From Candidatus Atabeyarchaeum deiterrae (GTDB lineage: Archaea; Asgardarchaeota; Atabeyarchaeia; Atabeyarchaeales; Atabeyarchaeaceae), in contig CP147780.1 of NCBI GenBank assembly GCA_037310415.1, forward strand, positions 1,184,001-1,248,000: a DNA stretch of 64,000 nt, given 5' to 3'. Below, one piece after another: positions 1 through 9,865 of the stretch. Under the pieces are notes generated by a model that saw only the letters and a program-made list of their open reading frames with translations, was not told the origin of the DNA and did not search any database. Each line of letters starts with the position of its first letter. Position 1 is the first letter of the stretch. The position numbers and the translations under genes are program-made.

Positions 1-2
1 CA

Positions 3-482
3 AGATACCTCTACAAGGATGGACTCATAAATGAGTTCCTGCATAACAGAGAAAGCGCCGCTATTATGGGCACAAGGAGTAACGCCTCCTCAAGATCAGT
101 TAGCTATGGTCTTGAAGCCATAGTCAGAATGGCTAATACTTATCTAAGGTCCGGTGATTACACAGAAGAAGAGCTACTTGAGGATGTTAAGAAAGGAGTC
201 TGGATGCAAACATTCAATGAATGGAACATAGACGACACGAGATTCAACCAGAAATACGTTGCACGCGAAGCTTACCTCATAGAAAATGGAGAGCGGAAAT
301 ATCCAATCAAGAGATGTGTAATCGAGACGACAACGCGCAAATTCTGGAGCGCTGTAGATGCCGTATCAAAGAAATTAGAATTCTCTTCTGCCACCTGCGG
401 CAAAGGAGATCCAGAACAAGGAATCCCAGTCTTCACAGGTGGACCAACCGCCAGACTTAGGGAGGTGTATCTAAAGCAATGA
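3..482 (+). CDS. tldD: TldD-family metalloprotease subunit, C-terminal part (5'-truncated by window edge)
   Basis: Frame is open from nt 3 (RYLYKDGLINEFLHNRESAA-MG...). Has IVRMANTY, AYLIENGE and the C-terminal TCGKGDPEQ..GGP motif with the Zn-ligand Cys. Overlaps the next gene (ATGA). Confidence 0.85.
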   Translation, partial: RYLYKDGLINEFLHNRESAAIMGTRSNASSRSVSYGLEAIVRMANTYLRSGDYTEEELLEDVKKGVWMQTFNEWNIDDTRFNQKYVAREAYLIENGERKYPIKRCVIETTTRKFWSAVDAVSKKLEFSSATCGKGDPEQGIPVFTGGPTARLREVYLKQ

Positions 483-1816
483 AGCTAATCACTGACGAGC
501 TTATCGAGAAGACGGAACATGTTGTTGAAAAAGCGAGAAACCTCGGGGCAACGGAAGTCATAGCTGAAGCAGTAGTCTCACGAGACAGACAGATCCGATA
601 CAGCAATAACCAAATAGACATATCACAGAACTGGCGCGACTTGGGCATCCATTTGGTTCTCACAGTCGGAAAGAAAGTCGTCGCCACGGAAATAAAACGA
701 TTCGATGACATAGACCAAATGGTTGGGAAAGTAATATCAATCGCGAAATCCTCAAAGGACAACCCCCTCTGGGGCGGATTAGCGAAAGGAGAGTTCAAGT
801 ACGAGACATCGAAGGCAGATGACGCAATAAGGAAACTGGACGACCCTGCAAAGTATGTGCACAAAGCAATTGACGCTGCCCTCTCAGAGGGCGCCAAGAA
901 TACAGGTGGAGTGTTGCGGATCGGCGATGGAGACAGCTATCTACTATCCTCTGAAGGACCTAGCGGCTACGACACTGAAAGCTACATTGAATTCAGCATG
1001 AGAGCTTTCACGAATGAGTTATCTTCAGGGCATGCAGTCGAGTGTTCAAGCAGCGTCGCAGATTTCCACCCCGAGAAGGCAGGAAGAAACGCGGCAGAGA
1101 TCGCTAGGAACGCAGAAAAGTTTCCGAGGCAGGAGTTGGAAGAGGGTGCATATGATGTCATCTTCGATCCACTGATTTTTGGAGCGCTCCTAACTGACGT
1201 TGGAGGATCAGCATCTGCATTCATGGCCTTGGCACAGCTCTCTTGCTTCGTAGGCAAAGTTGGACAGAAAGTCGCCTCCGACAAAGTTACAGTGCATGAC
1301 TACGCATCTCCCACATCAATGGGCCATAGAACTTTCGACGATGAAGGAGTCCCGATCAAGAACACGCTACTGATCGATCACGGAGTATACAAGACCTTCC
1401 TTCATAACACATCAACTGCAAAACTGTTCAAGACAGAGACGACAGGAAACGCTGGCATAGTCATGCCAACAGCATTCACGCTGCAAATGGATCCGGGAGA
1501 CTACAAACTGGAAGAGCTGTTCTCGGAGGTCAAGGATGGCTTGTACCTAACAAACACATGGTACACCCGCTTCCAGAACTACATGACAGGGGACTTCTCC
1601 ACAGTCCCAAGGGATGGAGCATTCATTGTCAAAGACGGCGAAATAAAGGCTTCAACTGCAAATCTGAGGATTTCAGACAATCTGCTTAGGGTGCTCCTGA
1701 ATGTCGAAGGTGTAACAAGGGAGAGACATCAGGTACGGTGGTGGGGAGAAGTTGAAATCCCAGCTTTCTCGCCTACAGTGTTATCAAGAAAAGTGAAGAT
1801 CACGAAATCCAAATGA
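479..1816 (+). CDS. PmbA/TldE-family subunit
   Basis: Motifs FDDEGVP, LIDHGVYKTFLHN, TTGNAG and YTRFQNYMTGDFST. No HExxH. Translationally coupled to tldD. Confidence 0.85.
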   Translation: MKLITDELIEKTEHVVEKARNLGATEVIAEAVVSRDRQIRYSNNQIDISQNWRDLGIHLVLTVGKKVVATEIKRFDDIDQMVGKVISIAKSSKDNPLWGGLAKGEFKYETSKADDAIRKLDDPAKYVHKAIDAALSEGAKNTGGVLRIGDGDSYLLSSEGPSGYDTESYIEFSMRAFTNELSSGHAVECSSSVADFHPEKAGRNAAEIARNAEKFPRQELEEGAYDVIFDPLIFGALLTDVGGSASAFMALAQLSCFVGKVGQKVASDKVTVHDYASPTSMGHRTFDDEGVPIKNTLLIDHGVYKTFLHNTSTAKLFKTETTGNAGIVMPTAFTLQMDPGDYKLEELFSEVKDGLYLTNTWYTRFQNYMTGDFSTVPRDGAFIVKDGEIKASTANLRISDNLLRVLLNVEGVTRERHQVRWWGEVEIPAFSPTVLSRKVKITKSK

Positions 1817-1909
1817 ACAAAAGACGGAAGGAACTCCGCGCAACCCCTTGGTTTCATCTCAGACGAAAGCAGAAGCTTTAGGAAATCCTTCCCTCACCTT
1901 TCTTGGCGC

Positions 1910-2611
1910 TCACGCATCTTCTGGAGACATTAGGTCCGGTTTGTTAGTCACTATTCCATCGACGCCCATCTCTACCAGTCTTTCAGCTAGGTGTCGGTCA
2001 TCAACAGTCCAGGTAAAAACAAGAATAGATCTCCTATGAGACTCCTCGATCATCTCTTTCGTCAATAACTCATACGCAGGCAGCACATAGTCTGCCTTGA
2101 GTTCAACCACTTTACTCGTTACATGCGGGATCCTCCATGAAAAGATCTGACCCGTTGGAATCTTGGGTTCAAGCTCCTTGACCTTCTTAATGATGTCCGT
2201 CATAAACGAAGTTGCAACCACCTTATCTAACATTTTTTCCTTTTGCAGTAAGTCAACTAACAGTTTCTCGATACCGATTCCCTTGACCTCGATCATGACT
2301 CCAATTGCATCTCTGCTTAATTCCAGTACCTCTTGCAGTGTTGGTATCTTCTCACCTTTGCCCGCATCAAGTCTTCTAATCTCTTTGAGAGACATGTCTT
2401 TAATGCTACCCTTGCCTTTGGTGGTTCGGTCAACCTCTGCATCATGGATGACCACCAGTTGCTTGTCTTTGGTAGTATGGACATCAATTTCAACCATGTC
2501 TGCATGCATATCTATGGCTCTTCTAATGGCTATAATAGTATTCTCAGGCTCGTATGCTGATGCCCCTCTGTGAGCAACTATCTTGTAAGTCTTCATCTCC
2601 CGGGGACTCAC
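1910..2611 (-). CDS. Glycerophosphodiester phosphodiesterase family protein
   Basis: Motifs IVAHRGAS..EPENT, EIDVH.TKD..LVVIHD, WTVD and GVDGIVTNKP. Confidence 0.9.
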   Translation of the reverse strand: MSPREMKTYKIVAHRGASAYEPENTIIAIRRAIDMHADMVEIDVHTTKDKQLVVIHDAEVDRTTKGKGSIKDMSLKEIRRLDAGKGEKIPTLQEVLELSRDAIGVMIEVKGIGIEKLLVDLLQKEKMLDKVVATSFMTDIIKKVKELEPKIPTGQIFSWRIPHVTSKVVELKADYVLPAYELLTKEMIEESHRRSILVFTWTVDDRHLAERLVEMGVDGIVTNKPDLMSPEDA

Positions 2612-2735
2612 CTCTTGTTCTATCGGTTATTTTCTGCAGAAGAAGAGTATGTTTAGTGACTTAAATGGCGCTTGACGACAGGGCGCGGCCAGTTCCTTCT
2701 CGTTACCAGTCCCTTCGGCAGTCTGCACCAAGAGA

Positions 2736-4142
2736 CTACGTTTGGATGCTTACGTCTTGGACTCTGACATACGGAGCGATGACGGAGCCTGCGTAGAGCT
2801 GTGGGCTGTACTTCTCTGCAGTGTTTCCTACTGCATCTATCTTCTTCACGTAGTCAAACATATTTCCGGTAATCCTGAGATCTCGAACAGGTGTGGTCAG
2901 TTCACCATTTTCTATTCTAAGTCCACTCAGTATGACTACGGAGAAAGATCCATCTGGTGTTGCTGTGAAGGCAGGGTCCGATCTGTCGAGGAATAGACCG
3001 TCTTTGACTTCCGCAATGATCTTGTCATTAGGTGCCGTCCCAGGCTGGAACACGACATTGGTTGGGTAGACCCGCGGAAGCCTTCGGTAAGTCCTGTAAA
3101 AGAAATAGTCTACCGTTGGCAGTTCCCACCTAGCACAGTTGCCCGTGCTCTCAGTGGAAGCTATCTTGGCAGTTTGGTTGTCGTGGAGGTAGTTCTTAAG
3201 GATGCCTTTCTCGATCAGAGTTGTTTTCTTGGTAGGCATCCCTTCGTCATCCATCTTGAATGAGCAAAGACCTCCATCAAACGTTCCATCGTCGACCAGA
3301 GTGACAATTGGTGCAGCTACTTGCTGGCCAATCTTCCCCTCCAGCACAGAGGCTTTGTGCTGAACATTGTCTGCGCAGAATGCGTTAGTGAATGAGTATG
3401 TGAAAATCTCTCCGATAGCAGCTGGAGCCATAACCACAGGCATCTTCTTCGGCTCAATATTCTGGGTTCCAAGACCTTTCAGGACTCTTCTTGCAGATTC
3501 AGAGCCAAAGTTCTCTGTGACTGCGGTATTCTTCACCGATCTCGTGACATGGGGGAGTTCGAGTTTTGCCACCTTTTCTCCATTTTTCGCCGATATGCCG
3601 ATTGCCATCCTTGCGAAGCTACCATAGTCTTCAACCTCGAGTCCTTGGGTGTTTACAACCGCGAATCCGTACTTCGAACGACCGAAGAGTGCGTCGTAGA
3701 CAGTCACTCGCTTATCATCAACTCTGGCAACTCCTTTTCTGATTGCTTCAAGATGTGACATCACCTTGTCGGGACCCATCTCAGCGGTATCTTTGTCGAG
3801 AGTCCCAGAAACCTTGGGGTAGTTGCTTGGCTTTTCATGGAAGCTCTCGAGTCCAGCTTGAGGTTCAGCAACCTTCAAGGCACTGCGAGCAGACGATTTC
3901 ACAGATTGATCATCAATGCTACTGAGATAGGCGAATCCTAAGGCGCCACTTCTTATTACGCGGATAGCCGCTCCAACCATTAACTGGTCTCTTGCAGTGA
4001 AGCTGTCTTTGCCGCTGACCTTCTGTATCCTCATAACTAGATTCTCTCTCGACTCAATGTAGACTTCAACCTGGTCAGCACCTTCACCCGAACACATCTT
4101 CATGATTCTTTCAGCCGTAGAAATCAAATCTGTTGAAGGCAT
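2736..4142 (-). CDS. PmbA/TldE-like subunit (second pair)
   Basis: Motifs GADQVEVY, DDEGMPT, LIEKGILKNYLH, STGNC, IENGE..PV..GN. No HExxH. Confidence 0.85.
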   Translation of the reverse strand: MPSTDLISTAERIMKMCSGEGADQVEVYIESRENLVMRIQKVSGKDSFTARDQLMVGAAIRVIRSGALGFAYLSSIDDQSVKSSARSALKVAEPQAGLESFHEKPSNYPKVSGTLDKDTAEMGPDKVMSHLEAIRKGVARVDDKRVTVYDALFGRSKYGFAVVNTQGLEVEDYGSFARMAIGISAKNGEKVAKLELPHVTRSVKNTAVTENFGSESARRVLKGLGTQNIEPKKMPVVMAPAAIGEIFTYSFTNAFCADNVQHKASVLEGKIGQQVAAPIVTLVDDGTFDGGLCSFKMDDEGMPTKKTTLIEKGILKNYLHDNQTAKIASTESTGNCARWELPTVDYFFYRTYRRLPRVYPTNVVFQPGTAPNDKIIAEVKDGLFLDRSDPAFTATPDGSFSVVILSGLRIENGELTTPVRDLRITGNMFDYVKKIDAVGNTAEKYSPQLYAGSVIAPYVRVQDVSIQT

Positions 4143-4189
4143 TGTAAAAACCTCACTCTTATTCCTTCGACTTTTTCTCCGCCTACATC

Positions 4190-5569
4190 CTACCCGATTC
4201 TCAACTCCTTGAATCTAAGGTGAGGACCTGCACCCGAGACTATGTTGGATTCTTCCTCTTCAGTTATTCTGAGTTGGAGAGTATCAAAATCAGATCCGAT
4301 TCCATCCATGTTCTTAAGTTCATCCACAACATCTATGGTGAAGCTTGGTGACGAGACAGGCGAGCTGAGCTGCCCATTCTTTATCAGATATCCTCGTTCT
4401 GCATTACCGCTAACGATGCGTGTCGTGCTGGCACCTGCGAGCCCAGTCAGGTAGATACCTTCCTTGATCCCTTCGAGCATCTCCTCGAACTTGAGATCAC
4501 CTGGCTTCACAATGGTATTGGATATGAACGGACGGGGCGCAAAGAGCGCATTCTGGCTTCTCGCATGTCCCTCAACACCGGCATTGAAAAGGAAAGCAGT
4601 TGTCTTGGAGTGCAAGTAGGATTTCAACACTCCATCCTCCATCAATGTTGTGGGCTTAGCCAGAACCCCTTCCTCGTCATACTTATAGAAGACAGGAAGT
4701 CCAGACGAGGTAGGATCATCATAGACTACTAACGAGTCAGGACCGATTTTTTCGCCAAGTTTACCAGCGAATCCACCAAGCTCAGCCTCGGGAACAAGAG
4801 CAAACTGAGCACAACTCATTAACCCTATGCTTGAAGCCAGAAGCCCAGACAACTTAGTGTCGAGAATTGCCGGGAGTTTTCCTGAAGGTGGCTCCTGAGC
4901 CGAGAGAAGCTCAACGGCATCTTTCGCAACCTGCTGAGACACACTAAGCGGATCAGCCAAGGCCATCAATTCTTGCCCAGCACTTGCGGCAATCCTTCCG
5001 ATGCACCTTGAGATCTTCCCGCCTTCGCGGGCGGTAATAGTTATGCGTAACTCCGTGTATGGATGAGCCTCCTGTATCTTTGATCCGTCTGAATTTACAA
5101 AGAATCGCTCATAAACCTCATCAATATACCTGAAGTTCGAAGACACAACCCGCTTATCAACGGAGCGCGATGCAGAATCGCAAGACAGAATCACTTCCTT
5201 CTTCTCATCGATCGGGATCTCCCTCGGATCGCTGACATCCCCAAGTTTAACGTTGTCCTCAACTGGAGGAGACGGTGCCAATCCCACTCTCTCCTTGATG
5301 CTCGAGCTTCCTGCTTCGGCTATCTTGGTGGCTTTTTCAGCAGCTTGCGACATTGTCTTTTCATCTTCTTGCGTGAAAATCGACAAACCAATCGTGCCTT
5401 TCAAAACCGTGACGCTGCCAGCAAGCTCAATCGAGGGTATTATTCTCTCGACTTTGCCCGTTGTGACCACAATCGTATTGCTATACGTCTTCTGAAGCCT
5501 AATGTTAGCATACTGAGCCTTATGTTTGCTCATGAGTTTGTTGACTGCGGTTTCAAGAACATCTAACAC
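4190..5569 (-). CDS. TldD-like protein lacking the zinc-binding HExxGH motif and C-terminal Cys (probable pseudo-protease)
   Basis: TldD hallmarks are present (IPIDEKK, ITAREG, PPSGKLPAILD, YDDPT, YKYDEEGV, GHARSQ..P..SNT). The motif position reads LLASSIGLMSCAQ and there is no CGK. Confidence 0.8.
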   Translation of the reverse strand: MLDVLETAVNKLMSKHKAQYANIRLQKTYSNTIVVTTGKVERIIPSIELAGSVTVLKGTIGLSIFTQEDEKTMSQAAEKATKIAEAGSSSIKERVGLAPSPPVEDNVKLGDVSDPREIPIDEKKEVILSCDSASRSVDKRVVSSNFRYIDEVYERFFVNSDGSKIQEAHPYTELRITITAREGGKISRCIGRIAASAGQELMALADPLSVSQQVAKDAVELLSAQEPPSGKLPAILDTKLSGLLASSIGLMSCAQFALVPEAELGGFAGKLGEKIGPDSLVVYDDPTSSGLPVFYKYDEEGVLAKPTTLMEDGVLKSYLHSKTTAFLFNAGVEGHARSQNALFAPRPFISNTIVKPGDLKFEEMLEGIKEGIYLTGLAGASTTRIVSGNAERGYLIKNGQLSSPVSSPSFTIDVVDELKNMDGIGSDFDTLQLRITEEEESNIVSGAGPHLRFKELRIG

Positions 5570-5609
5570 CGGACAACACCTCTGAAACAGATATTCTCCG
5601 AATAGCCCA

Positions 5610-6038
5610 TTACTGAATTCGTGGTGGGCTCCCAGTTAGGATGATCTGCGCTACCCTCTTGGCACGTATTATAAGAAGCGCGAGATTCGCTCTCTTGTCG
5701 GCGAAGATGAATAGAGCCTGCTTTCCCGCTATCTGAACTAGAACCGTGCTGGTATCGGATCGTAGAATCATATTGTCCATCGCTCCCCCGCCAAGTCGAC
5801 CGACAAAGTCAACCGTCGATTTAACTAGATCCCTTATCTCCGATCCGCCTATCTCCATTCTTGATCGGTCCAACAGTGTCCGATACCATTGGTGTATTAC
5901 TTCACCATTCTCATCAACTATAAGGACGGCTGAGACACCAAGCAGCGAGGTGACCTCGGACATGACACCTTCAACATTCACAGTGGATGTCTTTTCAGGC
6001 TCGCGCCCAGGCATTGGAGTACCAAACAACTTACCCAT
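5610..6038 (-). CDS. Roadblock/LC7-like domain protein
   Basis: 142 aa with pattern GVSAVLIVDENGEVI, a helix, LGGGAMDNMILRS, LFIFADKRANLALL. GGAGG RBS upstream. Confidence 0.7.
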   Translation of the reverse strand: MGKLFGTPMPGREPEKTSTVNVEGVMSEVTSLLGVSAVLIVDENGEVIHQWYRTLLDRSRMEIGGSEIRDLVKSTVDFVGRLGGGAMDNMILRSDTSTVLVQIAGKQALFIFADKRANLALLIIRAKRVAQIILTGSPPRIQ

Positions 6039-6351
6039 ATCCTCCTTCTAGATGACAACCATTCCAAAACAATAAACGTTCAGTCGCCGAATCATCATTT
6101 CAATTTCGTTAAGCTAAGCGTCTGAGGATGGCTCATACTATCTTCAGCTATTAACATTTATTTTAAGGTTACTATCACAATATGAGGCGTTATTTCTTAG
6201 GATTCTCGCACTCTCATCCGAGGTCAGGATAAAACGAGTATGAAGATCGTTATCCTAGCACACATGTCACAAACGCCTCTTAATGGAAGAGAGGGAGTGC
6301 GAAATAGAGCGTTTTGATCACACGACCGTGGCAAGTCATCTACTCTTTCTA

Positions 6352-7773
6352 TTATAGATCCAGAGAAGCATCATGATATTTCGTGAATATAGACAAAGCT
6401 TTGGCAGCTGAGCCGACGTTCTGGAAGCACGGTATCTCACTTTTCGTGAGTGTCCTTTCCAGTTTGCGAGTCTCCTTCTCGTATCCAATGTCGACCAATG
6501 CTACCAATACTGGTTTTCTAAGAATGAGTCTTATGTGATTCAAACCTTGCATAAGGGTACTCCAGATAATGGAAGGCAACTTGTAGTTCCGAATGTTCTT
6601 TGAATGTGAAACAAGGTAGAGCGGAGCGACTTCCACGATGACTGCATCGATATTTGAATCCTCGCCAATCCTTGTCATAACCTCGCGTAAGATATCAGGG
6701 TTATAGAATGACCCAGCAATATCAATAGGGTTGCTCACACTAGTCCCGACCCCTTGAACGGCCGACCTCAGCGCTTTCTTAGTCTCCTCTGCAAGCCCTG
6801 AAACTTGAAGTCCAGATTGGATAACAGCATCAGTATTCACAACGCTTGAGCCTCCACTGATTGAAACTAGGGCAATGCCTCTACCACGCGAAGGTGGAGC
6901 GAAAAGAAAGAGCTTCGTGGTGCCAATCAGTTCATCAAGTGATTCTACTTCGACAACTCTGGTTTGACGCATCACGGTCTCCCAGATCTCGGTAGACCCC
7001 GCCAGTGAACCAGTATGAGAGGCAACAGCTTTGCTACCTGAAGTAGTTCTTCCACCCTTCCAGACGATTACTGGCTTCTTCGCTGAGGCATTTCTCAGAG
7101 CATCAATCAGTCTCTGGCCATTCTTTGTCCCCTCTAGATAAGCTGCAATAATCTTCGTATCAGGGTCATTTGCCAAGTAGTTGACTAGTTCAGCGTCTCC
7201 AATGTCTACAGCGTTCCCATAAGACACAACCTTGCTGAAGCTTATGCCATGTCTAGGGCCTGCAAGTGTGAAACTTATCGACAGCCCGCCTGACTGAGAT
7301 ATGAAAGAAACTGAACCTAGTCTTTTCGACTGATCGAGGCGGAACGCTAAGCCGCTTCTCGGGCAGTAAACTCCCATACAATTTGGGCCAATCACACGTA
7401 CCTTTCCCTTGGCAGCCTTCAGAATCTGATCTTCGAGCTTCCTGCCTTCCTCACTTCCAGTCTCGCTGAAACCTGAAGAGAATATTGATGCGAACTTCAC
7501 GTTTTTCTCAGCGCAGTCGGCGATTATTCTTGGAACGATTTTGGCGGGAACAGAAACTATCACGTAATCTACCGATTCAGGTATCTCCAGAAGGCTCTTG
7601 TAGAATTTATTCCCTAGTGCTTGGTTTACTGCTGTGTTGACATAGTAAACCAGTCCCTTGAAGTCAGCGTTTTGGATCGAGCGAGCCCAGTAGAAGTTGC
7701 TTTCTCTTCTATCGCCTACAATTGCCAGTGAGCGGGGATTGAATAGCTGATCAAGCGGTTTAGACTCAGTCAT
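6352..7773 (-). CDS. Acyl-CoA synthetase (NDP-forming), alpha subunit / CoA-binding protein
   Basis: Motifs LFNPRSLAIVG, IGPNCMG, ISQSGG and phospho-His ASHTGSLAG. Start placed at ATG 7773 (alternative GTG 7782). Confidence 0.88.
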   Translation of the reverse strand: MTESKPLDQLFNPRSLAIVGDRRESNFYWARSIQNADFKGLVYYVNTAVNQALGNKFYKSLLEIPESVDYVIVSVPAKIVPRIIADCAEKNVKFASIFSSGFSETGSEEGRKLEDQILKAAKGKVRVIGPNCMGVYCPRSGLAFRLDQSKRLGSVSFISQSGGLSISFTLAGPRHGISFSKVVSYGNAVDIGDAELVNYLANDPDTKIIAAYLEGTKNGQRLIDALRNASAKKPVIVWKGGRTTSGSKAVASHTGSLAGSTEIWETVMRQTRVVEVESLDELIGTTKLFLFAPPSRGRGIALVSISGGSSVVNTDAVIQSGLQVSGLAEETKKALRSAVQGVGTSVSNPIDIAGSFYNPDILREVMTRIGEDSNIDAVIVEVAPLYLVSHSKNIRNYKLPSIIWSTLMQGLNHIRLILRKPVLVALVDIGYEKETRKLERTLTKSEIPCFQNVGSAAKALSIFTKYHDASLDL

Positions 7774-8011
7774 TGTAAACACTGCCTTTGTGATAACGGT
7801 TAATGGGGGTTAAGTTGAGCGAATCTGAAAATCCGCGATGTGGGATTTTCTAGTATCTGAGGAGGTTATGCTTTAAAAATCCTAGCATGTTGGTTCCCCC
7901 ATAGCTTCGAGTTCCACGGAGGAATTCGCTTTAGCGAAAACCAAAAAAGTGGGGAATCGGGAAATCGCAAGGTTGTTGCAACCTTCCCCTATAGACTTAT
8001 TTGAAGACCCA

Positions 8012-9865
8012 TCACCGTTTTCCAAAGAATTTGCCGATAGCTAGCCCGCCGAGGAATGTGATCAAGGCGATCACTGCAAACGCCATACATGACACACCGA
8101 CGTAGAAATATTGTAGCGCTTGGCTGACGCTCAGCGCAAACCACGGTAGTCCAGGTCCATTTATTGTGATAAAGAAGGCAAAGACCGACTCGTACACTAA
8201 GGATACTATCACGAAGAATACTACTGCCCAAGTGATTGTCCTGAAGCCACTGCTCTTTTTGGTCTTTTCATTAAGATATCTGACCAGAAGTATGAAAACG
8301 AGTGCCGATGGAATGAATGCGATGAGAACTGGTACAAATGCTCTTATGATGAAGTCCGTGGCAGATTCGGGGAAGTAGCTTGCCGAGAATTTCCATCCTG
8401 TAAACCAAGTTGCTGCCATGAGGAATACGAAGTATATGCTTATCGAGAGAACTGTGATACCGAGGAACTGTCCTTCGTCTGAGACTGTTCCTTTCACCTT
8501 GTCTCGCCACTTGTAGAATAGCAGAGCCACAAGTATCGCTATGGCGCCCACAACTGTGGTGGCCAAGATTGCGTTCCATGTGACTTCGTCGGAGACTTTG
8601 ACATTCCATGACGAAGACAAAACAGATCTCGAAATATCCTCTGATATGAATGCTGTATCCCTAGCCGTGGCGTAGGACGTTCCTAGATAACTTATGTTGG
8701 CATTTTGAAGATCAAGCTTCGCTTGATCTAGTTGGTCCTTGTAGTCTGCGAGGTAACCCATCTTATTCACTTGAGTTGTTGCTTGAGCGAGTCGTATTGC
8801 TGCCAGGTTGATCCTGTAGATTGCTACTTGCTGAACGGAAAAACTCAGGGAATCGAAGAGAACTGTTCCAGAGGCATCTGATGGAACTTCCCATCCAAGT
8901 AAGGCTGCAACAGTTGGTGCAATAGAGTTCTGATGCTTGGGTTCTGCGTAGACGGCTGGGTTTACTCCTGGTCCTCTGATCAGTAGAGGAACATGCAGCA
9001 CCTCAGGTTCCGTACCGCCGTGACCACCTATGCCAACATGACCATGATCCGCAACGACTACCACTAATGTCTGAGCTAGTATACCCGCTGTTGAGTAGTT
9101 GCCGAGAATCCACTTAATGTAAGTGTCTTCGCTGACTATGGCATTGGCGTACTGAGTGCTTACTGAACCATACTTATGTGCGTACTCATCTGTGTCACTG
9201 AAATGCACGACCATGAACTTTGGCGTATACGTAGTGACAATATGCGATGCGTTGATAGCCACTAGACTATCACTGTAGTAACCCGGGGGGCTGTAGGTAT
9301 GCGTCACCCCATTCGTTGTATTGACGATGGTTGTTGGTTCCCATGGCGTTGAACTCGTGTACGTGACAGAGTAGTTTAGCCAAGGGTTGAACATGTCGTA
9401 CCACCAGCTGCTACCAACGACTGCCGTAGTGTTTGAGTGCCTGATGCAATCAGCCCAAAGCGAATCTCCTTTGAATATTCCTTCGTAGTCATTGCCAATC
9501 ACTTGGCTCTCAGAGGAGTTCACGCCCGAGGTGATTACAGAATAGCCTACCTTGCTGACACTGGTAAGAGTTGAGCATTGAACGTTCGTGTAGTTAGCCC
9601 ATGTTAAGGAGTCGATGTAAGGTTTGTCTGTATTGTAGAAGATATCCGCGCGTACGCCATCCAAGACGAATATTACAGCATATCTTGCGACAGGGGTCAT
9701 TCCCATACCACTGATTGACGAAACTGAGCCAACCGGAACATAGCTATAAGGGTCCACGTAGTGCGTGTAGGTAGAGTATCCATAAAGAATCGTCCCAATG
9801 GATCCCGCTGCGACCGCCGTGAGGAATATTGCGGCGAATACTATTGTGAAAGTTCTGCTTCTCAA
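8012..9865 (-). CDS. Alkaline-phosphatase-superfamily membrane protein (N-terminal TM, extracellular catalytic domain, about 5 C-terminal TMs)
   Basis: Metal-site motifs FVLDGVRAD, HFSDTDEYAH, VADHGH and GGHGG. Hydrophobic N-terminal and C-terminal segments. Confidence 0.8.
   Translation of the reverse strand: MRSRTFTIVFAAIFLTAVAAGSIGTILYGYSTYTHYVDPYSYVPVGSVSSISGMGMTPVARYAVIFVLDGVRADIFYNTDKPYIDSLTWANYTNVQCSTLTSVSKVGYSVITSGVNSSESQVIGNDYEGIFKGDSLWADCIRHSNTTAVVGSSWWYDMFNPWLNYSVTYTSSTPWEPTTIVNTTNGVTHTYSPPGYYSDSLVAINASHIVTTYTPKFMVVHFSDTDEYAHKYGSVSTQYANAIVSEDTYIKWILGNYSTAGILAQTLVVVVADHGHVGIGGHGGTEPEVLHVPLLIRGPGVNPAVYAEPKHQNSIAPTVAALLGWEVPSDASGTVLFDSLSFSVQQVAIYRINLAAIRLAQATTQVNKMGYLADYKDQLDQAKLDLQNANISYLGTSYATARDTAFISEDISRSVLSSSWNVKVSDEVTWNAILATTVVGAIAILVALLFYKWRDKVKGTVSDEGQFLGITVLSISIYFVFLMAATWFTGWKFSASYFPESATDFIIRAFVPVLIAFIPSALVFILLVRYLNEKTKKSSGFRTITWAVVFFVIVSLVYESVFAFFITINGPGLPWFALSVSQALQYFYVGVSCMAFAVIALITFLGGLAIGKFFGKR

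Noticed and set aside
6262-6273. 12-mer ACATGTCACAAA also found at 37943, both near ACD alpha genes
   Set aside because: The orientation relative to the genes is opposite, and many chance 12-mer matches are expected in 64 kb.
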